24,383 nt of DNA, from contig JBBRNJ010000109.1 of assembly GCA_038230375.1 (NCBI GenBank), positions 1 through 24,383 on the forward strand, read 5' to 3'. This stretch comes from Polyangiales bacterium. Its GTDB lineage: Bacteria; Myxococcota_A; Polyangia; Polyangiales; Polyangiaceae. The position numbers and the translations under genes are program-made. The first letter of the stretch is position 1; each line of letters opens with the position of its first letter. The notes beneath the pieces are model-generated. The model searched no databases. It was not told where the DNA came from and saw only the letters and a list, made by a program, of their open reading frames with translations. Below are positions 17,156 to 23,437 of the stretch, piece by piece.

Positions 17156-17944
17156 ATGAACATGCAAGCCATCGACCTTCGCGAGCCCGCCCGCCGCGCA
17201 CGCCCCGTCCTCCCGGTGATGCCGGAGCTCACGCAGTCCGCCCTTGCCACCTGGCGTGGTCGCATGATCAACGAGCACACGAGCGCCATGGTCTTCGAGG
17301 GCCTTGCGCGACAGCTGGAGGCCGCCGGCCTCGAGCCCGAGCTCGTCGCCGAGTGCGCGGGCTTCGCGGACGAAGAGCGACGGCACGGCGTCCTCTGCGG
17401 CGCAGTCGTGGAGGCACTGGGCGGCGAGGCGCGCTTCGAGCGGCCGGACACCGACGAGTTCCCCGAGCACGAGGACGTGCCCCGCGCGGAGGCAGCGCTG
17501 CGCAACATCGTGAGCATCTCGTGTATGAGCGAGACGGTCGCGGTGTCGCTCATCGGGGCGGAGCGCATGGAAATGGGCCCGGGCGCCCTGCACGATCTCC
17601 TCACCAGCATCTACGCAGACGAGGTCGGCCACGCGCGCTTCGGATGGCGACTTGCCGGGCGCCTTGCAAAGCAGCTCTCCGCGGATGGCCGCGTGCGCAT
17701 GCAGGCATACCTCGCCGTCGCGTTCGCGCACCTCGAGACGCACGAGCTCGCGCACTTGAACCCGCATGCGACGCCCCCGGCACGCGGCGCGGATCTCGGC
17801 CTGTGCAACGGCCAGGATGCCCGCTCTCTCTTCTACGACACCGTGACGCAGGTCATCATCCCTGGGCTCGAGGCGCTCGGCTTCGAGGCGCAGAACGCAT
17901 GGGACCTGCGCAACGGGCCGGCCCGCGCCATGGATTGGGCCTGA
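17156..17944 (+). CDS. Stand-alone ferritin-like di-iron protein (no signal peptide)
   Basis: GAGGAG RBS at 17144-17149 overlaps the upstream stop; NEHTS, EERRH, CMSETVA, DEVGH. Confidence 0.9.
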   Translation: MNMQAIDLREPARRARPVLPVMPELTQSALATWRGRMINEHTSAMVFEGLARQLEAAGLEPELVAECAGFADEERRHGVLCGAVVEALGGEARFERPDTDEFPEHEDVPRAEAALRNIVSISCMSETVAVSLIGAERMEMGPGALHDLLTSIYADEVGHARFGWRLAGRLAKQLSADGRVRMQAYLAVAFAHLETHELAHLNPHATPPARGADLGLCNGQDARSLFYDTVTQVIIPGLEALGFEAQNAWDLRNGPARAMDWA

Positions 17945-17984
17945 CAAGAATGCCGGGACGGCGTGCGGCGTTTGTTCTAGTGGA

Positions 17985-19244
17985 ATGAACATGCCGCGCC
18001 CCGCCTCCGCGTCTCGCCGCCTCCTCGTCGCGCTTCCGCTGGTCCTTCTGGGCTGTCCGAAGGATGCTCCGCCCGCGACGGCCGATGCAGGCGCTTCTGT
18101 CGGCGCCACGGTGGATTCCGGGATCTCCAGCAGTGATGCGGGTGGCAAGCTTGGTGCGGCGGATGCTGGCAAGGGCTACACGCGCGCGGACCGCGCCGCT
18201 TTCTTGAAGCCGCTGGATGCGGGTCGCAAGAAGTCGCGCGCGAAGGACTACGTCGGTGCGCTCGCGGATTTCGACCGGGCGCTGGCGGTGGCCCCGAACG
18301 ATCCGCGCGTCCTCGCAGAGGTGGGCTGGGCGGCGCTCAACGCCAGCGACCTGCCACGCGCGGAGAACGCAAACCGCCGCGCGCTCGCGCTCACGAAGGA
18401 GCCGGTGGCGCGCGCGCAGATCCTCTACAACATGGGCCGTGTGGCGGAGGCGAAGAAGGACGCGGACGCCGCGCGCAAGGCCTACGCAGAGTCGCTCTCG
18501 CTTCGCGACAACGCGGAGGTGAAGAAGCGCCTTGCGGCCGTGGGTGGCCCTCCGGCGAGCACGCTTCCCTGCGCCGCGGGTGCACCGTCCGCGGAGGAGC
18601 TGTGCACGTGCCTCCTCAAGTCGAGCGCCGTGTTCATGCCGGAGGGCGAGCGCCCGGTCTGCGCGGTGGACCCGGTGTCCCTCACGTTCGGCACGCCGCG
18701 CGTCGCGGTCGTCCGGCAGGGCGCGGAGACCATGGGTGAGCGCATCTACCTGCTCGTCGCCCGCGAAGGTGGCGCGCTCCGGCCCGTTGCGGACCTGGGC
18801 CACGACTACGAGCCCGGCGCCTTCGGCGTCCACAACGAGGCCGTTGTGAAGGGCGGCGGACTGAAGATCATCGGCCCGCGCACCGTGGTCGTCATCAAGA
18901 GCGAACTGCACAACAACGACACGAACATGGCCGGACTCGAGCTCTGTACGGACTACGAAGAGCTCGAGACCGTCTGCACTGCGACGAGCGACAAGACCCC
19001 GGTGCGTTGCGTCACGGTGCCAGTTTCCATCTCGGCCGGATGCGGACCCGGCGTCGACGTCGACGAAGCGGAGCTGGAGCCGGACGTCAAGGAGGCGCTC
19101 GCGAACATGAAGGCGAGCTGGCACAAGTCCGAAGTGAAGCTCGGTTGGTCCGTCACCGAAGACGGGAAGCTTCTCGTTCAGAAGACCTCCGGCGACGCCA
19201 CCCTTCTGCCGACCGGCCTCGTGGGCCCGCACCCATTGTTCTAG
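17985..19244 (+). CDS. TPR-repeat lipoprotein with Cys-containing C-terminal domain
   Basis: Lipobox LLGC; about three TPRs (ALADFDRALAVAPND, ILYNMGRVAEA, AYAESLSLRDN). Confidence 0.88.
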   Translation: MNMPRPASASRRLLVALPLVLLGCPKDAPPATADAGASVGATVDSGISSSDAGGKLGAADAGKGYTRADRAAFLKPLDAGRKKSRAKDYVGALADFDRALAVAPNDPRVLAEVGWAALNASDLPRAENANRRALALTKEPVARAQILYNMGRVAEAKKDADAARKAYAESLSLRDNAEVKKRLAAVGGPPASTLPCAAGAPSAEELCTCLLKSSAVFMPEGERPVCAVDPVSLTFGTPRVAVVRQGAETMGERIYLLVAREGGALRPVADLGHDYEPGAFGVHNEAVVKGGGLKIIGPRTVVVIKSELHNNDTNMAGLELCTDYEELETVCTATSDKTPVRCVTVPVSISAGCGPGVDVDEAELEPDVKEALANMKASWHKSEVKLGWSVTEDGKLLVQKTSGDATLLPTGLVGPHPLF

Positions 19245-19284
19245 AAGCGCGGTGAGGACGCAGACTGACGTAGTCTCGTGGCAC

Positions 19285-20571
19285 ATGGACCACGCCAAAC
19301 AGCTCCGTCAAACGCTTGCAACCGCCATCGCCGCTGGTCTCGCGCTCCACGTCGGTTGCGACAACCCGCCGCCTTCGCACACGCCCGCGGGGGAGAGCGG
19401 AGCCGCGCCGAACGACGCTGGCCTCGCGCAGGCCACCGCCGCTTCGTCCGCAACCGCGCCACCGGTCACGGCGACTGCGCCCATCGCTTCTGCGAGCGCC
19501 GCGACAGTCCCGAGCGCCGTCCCCGCCGCGAGCTCCTCTGTCGCTGGGACTCCAACTCCCGCGCCGCCGCGCGTGAAGCCCGACTGGTGCAAGGCCACAG
19601 TTGCGTACTGCATGCCGCCGCGGACGCGCCCGCCTCAGTTCGGAAAGATGATGCCACCGCCTCCTGGCGAGCGAGACCCGAACACGTATGACAAGCGTGG
19701 CTGTGTGGCGCTCGATGCAATCCCTACGTCGTGCAGCGGTATGGAGCTCATGTCGGGGCCGACCGTGAAGGGTGGAAAGTGCTGCTACGAAGTGTGTCAG
19801 GGCCAGGTGCCGCCGTGCGGCCGTCCGTTCGTCGTGGACGGCATTGCCCGGGTGGCCCCGTTCGTCTCACGCACCGACTGGCGCACGCCTGGTGCGAGCG
19901 CGGACGACCGCACCATGGATGCTGCGCTGCGTGCACGCCTCTACGACGCATGGCTCGCGGATGCGGCAATGGAGCATGCGTCGGTTGCGTCCTTCGGTCG
20001 CTTCGCGCTGGAGCTGCTCGCGGTGGGAGCGCCCGCGGAGCTCGTGGCGGACGCACACCGCGCAGCGCTCGACGAGGTCGCGCATGCGCGCCTCTGCTAC
20101 GCGCAAGCAGCACGATACGGCGTCCACGGTGGTGCGGTGGGGCCCGCGGCGCTTGACCTTGGAGGTATGTCGTTGCGCACCGACCTTGGCGCCGTGGTGG
20201 AAGCTGCGGTGCACGAGGGGTGTGTGGGCGAGACGTTCGCGGCCATCGCCGCGGCGCATGCGCTCCACGACTGCGAGGACGAGGCAACGCGCGAGGTGCT
20301 CACGCGGATCGCAGGCGACGAGACCGAACATGCCGCGCTCGCGTGGCGCTTCGTGAGCTGGGCGGCTTCGTCGGGCGGCTCTGCAGTCCGTGCGCAGGTC
20401 GCGCGCGCCTTCGACGAGGCGCTCGCACCACGCATGGACGTGCCCGCGCCGATCAACCCGGACGCACCGGCGTGGCGACGCGCGGGTCGTCTCGATGCCG
20501 CGACGCTTGCGAACCTCGCACGCACCGTCCGCGAGGACGTCGTGCGACCGTGCGCGGCTACGCTCGTCTGA
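19285..20571 (+). CDS. Lipoprotein fusion: Ala/Ser/Pro linker + 8-Cys module + ferritin-like di-iron domain
   Basis: Lipobox-like LHVGC; junction CGRPFVVDGIARVA; MEHAS, DEVAH, EGCVGETFA, DETEH; start placed at ATG 19285. Confidence 0.9.
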   Translation: MDHAKQLRQTLATAIAAGLALHVGCDNPPPSHTPAGESGAAPNDAGLAQATAASSATAPPVTATAPIASASAATVPSAVPAASSSVAGTPTPAPPRVKPDWCKATVAYCMPPRTRPPQFGKMMPPPPGERDPNTYDKRGCVALDAIPTSCSGMELMSGPTVKGGKCCYEVCQGQVPPCGRPFVVDGIARVAPFVSRTDWRTPGASADDRTMDAALRARLYDAWLADAAMEHASVASFGRFALELLAVGAPAELVADAHRAALDEVAHARLCYAQAARYGVHGGAVGPAALDLGGMSLRTDLGAVVEAAVHEGCVGETFAAIAAAHALHDCEDEATREVLTRIAGDETEHAALAWRFVSWAASSGGSAVRAQVARAFDEALAPRMDVPAPINPDAPAWRRAGRLDAATLANLARTVREDVVRPCAATLV

Positions 20572-20697
20572 ATCCCGTTTAGCGATGCGGGCTCGGAGGT
20601 CGCGCCTGGAACCGCAGCTCGCCGCGACGGGAGGGCTCACCAAACGATCACACGATCAAAAAAAAGGCCGTTTTCTCGGCAAAACCAGCCAGAAGAC

Positions 20698-20719
20698 CCT
20701 GGCAACATCTCTTGCCAGG
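20698..20719. promoter_or_regulatory. Intergenic palindrome CCTGGCAA-N6-TTGCCAGG (candidate operator)
   Basis: Perfect 8-bp arms in a 250-bp intergenic region with A-tracts. Confidence 0.4.
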
Positions 20720-20821
20720 TCCTGGCGCTCCCCGCAGAGGCCGCGGCTCCGTAACGGTGCGCCGCAAGAAAAAACGTCATCCGTTCGTGCGGCAGACGGA
20801 AAACCGTTTAGCCTTATCATC

Positions 20822-21541
20822 ATGGGCATGGTGGGGGCGCAATTCGAAGAGCTCTCCCAGGACCTGGAGACGGGAGCGCCTGGAGCGCGAGAGCGTATCG
20901 AGGTACTGGTGCAGGCCAGGAACGCATTCAGCGCGGCCGGTGCATCGCGTGTGCTTGCAGACTACAAGAGCAGACGAGGTCTGTTTCAGGAGGCGCTGCG
21001 CTCCGCAAACTCGGGGCTCACGCGCCTTGCAACAGCGCGCGCAAAGGGCAGGGACGCGGAGGAGCTGCGCGCGGGTCTGACAGTCGAGCGCGGCCTCGCG
21101 TTCGCCGGGCTCGGTCAAGTGGACGAGGCGCTCGCCGTACACGACGACCTAGGCAAGAACTATCCGACCTACGATGGGCTCCCGATCGGCAGGTTTCGCA
21201 TCTGCTTCCTGGCCGCCACGCGCGTGGGTGAGTTCCCGGATGCGCTCCAGATCTTCCAGATGCGCGCGGAGAGCCTCGAGCTGGACGCTCGGGACGCGCT
21301 CATGGGCGAGGTGCTCCAGGCGGTCGAGGGCGACGGCGACGAGCAGGAGCGCGCCCGCCTGGCCGAGAAGCTGCGCGCAGAACCCATGCTCTCGCTCTGG
21401 CTGCGTGTTGCCGCGCCGGGACTCGAAGGCGAGCTCACGCCTATCATCGTGCCGAGCCTCAGCTGCGCGGTTCCAAAGATTGGTCTCGCTGATCTGGATC
21501 CAGATTCACTGTTACCGAAGTTCGCATCGCGCCGCGAATGA
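20822..21541 (+). CDS. Hypothetical alpha-helical (TPR-like) protein
   Basis: ATG 20822; RGLAFAGLGQVDEALA looks TPR-like; the longer N-terminal extension in the ORF track looks non-coding. Confidence 0.65.
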   Translation: MGMVGAQFEELSQDLETGAPGARERIEVLVQARNAFSAAGASRVLADYKSRRGLFQEALRSANSGLTRLATARAKGRDAEELRAGLTVERGLAFAGLGQVDEALAVHDDLGKNYPTYDGLPIGRFRICFLAATRVGEFPDALQIFQMRAESLELDARDALMGEVLQAVEGDGDEQERARLAEKLRAEPMLSLWLRVAAPGLEGELTPIIVPSLSCAVPKIGLADLDPDSLLPKFASRRE

Positions 21542-21553
21542 CGCCGCGAATGA
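21530..21553 (+). repeat. Exact 12-bp tandem duplication CGCCGCGAATGA containing the stop codon
   Basis: 21530-21541 is identical to 21542-21553. Confidence 0.9.
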
Positions 21554-21568
21554 CCAGCGTGATGGGCG

Positions 21569-21964
21569 TCAGGGCAGATTCAACTGCCATGACACCCCGA
21601 AGCGATCGCTCAACCATCCAAACTTGCGGCTGAAGCCGTAGTCGCCCAGGGGCATGAGCGCGGTGCCGCCTTCCATGAGCTTCTCGTACACGTGCGTGAG
21701 CTCGTCGTCGCTCTCACAGTCCACGAAGAAAGAGATCGCGGGCGTGAAAGTGAACCGGTGCTTCACAGGTGAGTCCAGTGCCACGAGCCGATGTCCTGCC
21801 AGCGTGAGCTCCGCGGCCTTCACGGTGCCAGGGCTGCCTGGCTCGCCCTCCGCCCAGCGCGTGAGCGAGTGCAGCACGGCGCCGCGAAAAAGCGAGACGT
21901 AGAGGCGAACGGCTTCTTCGGCCGCGCCGTCGAACATGAGGAAGGTCTTGACCGACTTGGGCAT
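21569..21964 (-). CDS. VOC-superfamily protein, PhnB / 3-demethylubiquinone-9 3-methyltransferase-like
   Basis: TFLMFDGAAEEA, FTFTPAISFFVDC, LMPLGDYGFSRKFGWLSDRFGVSWQL; ATG 21964 with GAGG RBS. Confidence 0.92.
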   Translation of the reverse strand: MPKSVKTFLMFDGAAEEAVRLYVSLFRGAVLHSLTRWAEGEPGSPGTVKAAELTLAGHRLVALDSPVKHRFTFTPAISFFVDCESDDELTHVYEKLMEGGTALMPLGDYGFSRKFGWLSDRFGVSWQLNLP

Positions 21965-22232
21965 CGCGCCTCTACGTCTCCATATCACGTCCCGTGAGCG
22001 TGGATGCCGCGAGGTCTGCCGTGCGAGCATGACACTGCACAAGGGGTGACGCGTCGGGCCCTCTGCGACTCATCTGTCTCGGCACCGAGACACGCACAGT
22101 CCAGGGTGGTTCGCCGACGAACCATGCCTGCGGGCGCGTGCACGCAAATGCGCGGACGACGTGAGCTCACGAATCACCTGGAAAACAAGCGTACTCATGC
22201 GCGTCGCTCGTTCACATGTACGATTTCGGTAG

Positions 22233-22248
22233 TGGCATCGGGCGTGCT
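22233..22248 (+). promoter_or_regulatory. Putative sigma54 -24/-12 promoter for the lysozyme gene
   Basis: TGGCATC-GGGC-GTGCT with GG-N10-GC spacing; predicted +1 about 22259, two nt before ATG 22261, which has no SD sequence. Confidence 0.5.
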
Positions 22249-22260
22249 GATGTCCTGGTC

Positions 22261-23010
22261 ATGCGCCGCTCCGCCGTCTCGCTCGCGATCGTTTTGTCGT
22301 CGTCACTGTCTGCCGCAGCACTGGGCGGGTGCGCGAGCCCAACGGGGGAAGAGGACGTGTCCTCCGAGGTGTCGAGTGATCTGTCAGCGAACGACAAGAC
22401 GGCCTACGAGTTCTTCGTCGCAAAGGGCCTGAAGCCAATCCAGGCGGCTGCGATCGTCGGAAACCTGATGCAGGAGTCCAGCGTCCTCCCCACCTCCGTG
22501 CAGTCGGGTGGGCCGGGCCGTGGCATTGCGCAGTGGTCCATTGGCGCTCGCTGGGACCGGACGTCCCAGGACAACGTGAAGTGGTATGCAAGCACGAAGG
22601 GCGAGTCGGCGACGTCGCTCGACTTGCAGCTCGCGTTCATCTGGTACGAGCTCCAGAACTTCCCCGTCTACGGTCTCTCCCGCCTTCGGGCCGCAAGCAC
22701 GCTCTCGCAGGCGACTGTCGCCTTCCAGAACGACTTCGAGGTCTGCGGCGCATGCAACCAGTCGGCGCGCCTCCACGACGCACAGCAGGTGCTGAGCGCT
22801 TACGGCACGGGAAGCGGCGGCGGCGGTGGCGGCAGCGGTGGAACCAGCGGCGCCAGCGGTGGCTGCTTCTCCTCCACGCTCGGCAAGGAGATGCCCGCCA
22901 ACGCATGCGTGCAGAGCGCCTCCGACAAGGGCTGGTACCAGTGCAGCAGCGGAGCGTGGGTCGATCGCTGGAACGACCCCACGCCCTGCGTTGCCGTCTA
23001 CCCGTTGTAG
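22261..23010 (+). CDS. Lipoprotein with phage-tail-lysozyme-like domain, Gly linker and C-terminal 4-Cys module
   Basis: Lipobox LGGC; AAAIVGNLMQES (catalytic Glu position), GRGIAQW, QLAFIWYEL; tail CFSSTLG…CVQS…WYQC…C. Confidence 0.85.
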   Translation: MRRSAVSLAIVLSSSLSAAALGGCASPTGEEDVSSEVSSDLSANDKTAYEFFVAKGLKPIQAAAIVGNLMQESSVLPTSVQSGGPGRGIAQWSIGARWDRTSQDNVKWYASTKGESATSLDLQLAFIWYELQNFPVYGLSRLRAASTLSQATVAFQNDFEVCGACNQSARLHDAQQVLSAYGTGSGGGGGGSGGTSGASGGCFSSTLGKEMPANACVQSASDKGWYQCSSGAWVDRWNDPTPCVAVYPL

Positions 23011-23011
23011 C

Positions 23012-23307
23012 TCAGTGCGTGTCAGCGAACTCGCAGCCGCGGGTCGTCTCGCGCAGCGCGCGGTCCGTCGCCTCGATGGCGGCAGCGCGCCAGCCACCCT
23101 TGTCGTGCTCCGCCTTGCCGAGCGAGGTGCGGGCCTGCACGAGATGCTCCTTCGCCGCTGCCATGTTCGGCTGATCCTTGCACGGCCCGCCGGCGTCCGC
23201 CGTCGCAAGGCCGCCGTGGACGTTGAATCCGATGACGGAGACGAGCGCGCCGATGGAGCAGAGTGCGATGGGCTTCCAGTAGACGACCTGATGCCTGGCG
23301 GATTCAA
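23012..23307 (-). pseudogene. Small secreted helical-hairpin protein lacking an in-frame start (not in ORF track)
   Basis: Frame reads HQVVYWKPIALCSIGALVSVIGFNVHGGLATADAGGPCKDQPNMAAAKEHLVQARTSLGKAEHDKGGWRAAAIEATDRALRETTRGCEFADTH*. There is no ATG/GTG/TTG between the in-frame TAA (23333-23335) and the signal-like segment. TTG 23307, with AGGTGA upstream, is one base out of frame. Confidence 0.7.
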
Positions 23308-23336
23308 ATTTATCACCTGTTAATTCAAGTGCTTAC

Positions 23337-23376
23337 CTGGACGTCCGGAGGTCCACCCGCACCTCGGGATGTCCAG
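23337..23376. repeat. 16-bp inverted repeat (hairpin, 8-nt loop) next to an AT-rich IHF-like site
   Basis: CTGGACGTCCGGAGGT-ccacccgc-ACCTCGGGATGTCCAG: 14 Watson-Crick pairs, one G.T pair and one mismatch. Confidence 0.75.
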
Positions 23377-23437
23377 CCCAGGAAGCTCGACCTCGATGGG
23401 CCCCGCACGTAGGCTCGGTGTCGAGATGCGGATTCAC

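Noticed and set aside
17156..17944. Classical ferritin, bacterioferritin, Dps or RNR R2 assignment
   Set aside because: Length, motif context and neighbours (no RNR alpha subunit or encapsulin) do not fit; only the generic di-iron ligand pattern is shared.
20698..20719. TGGCAA…TTGC as a sigma54 promoter
   Set aside because: GG-to-GC spacing is 11 nt on both strands; sigma54 requires 10.
22261..23010. Prophage remnant
   Set aside because: No structural, integrase, holin or terminase genes nearby, and the protein has a host-type lipoprotein signal.
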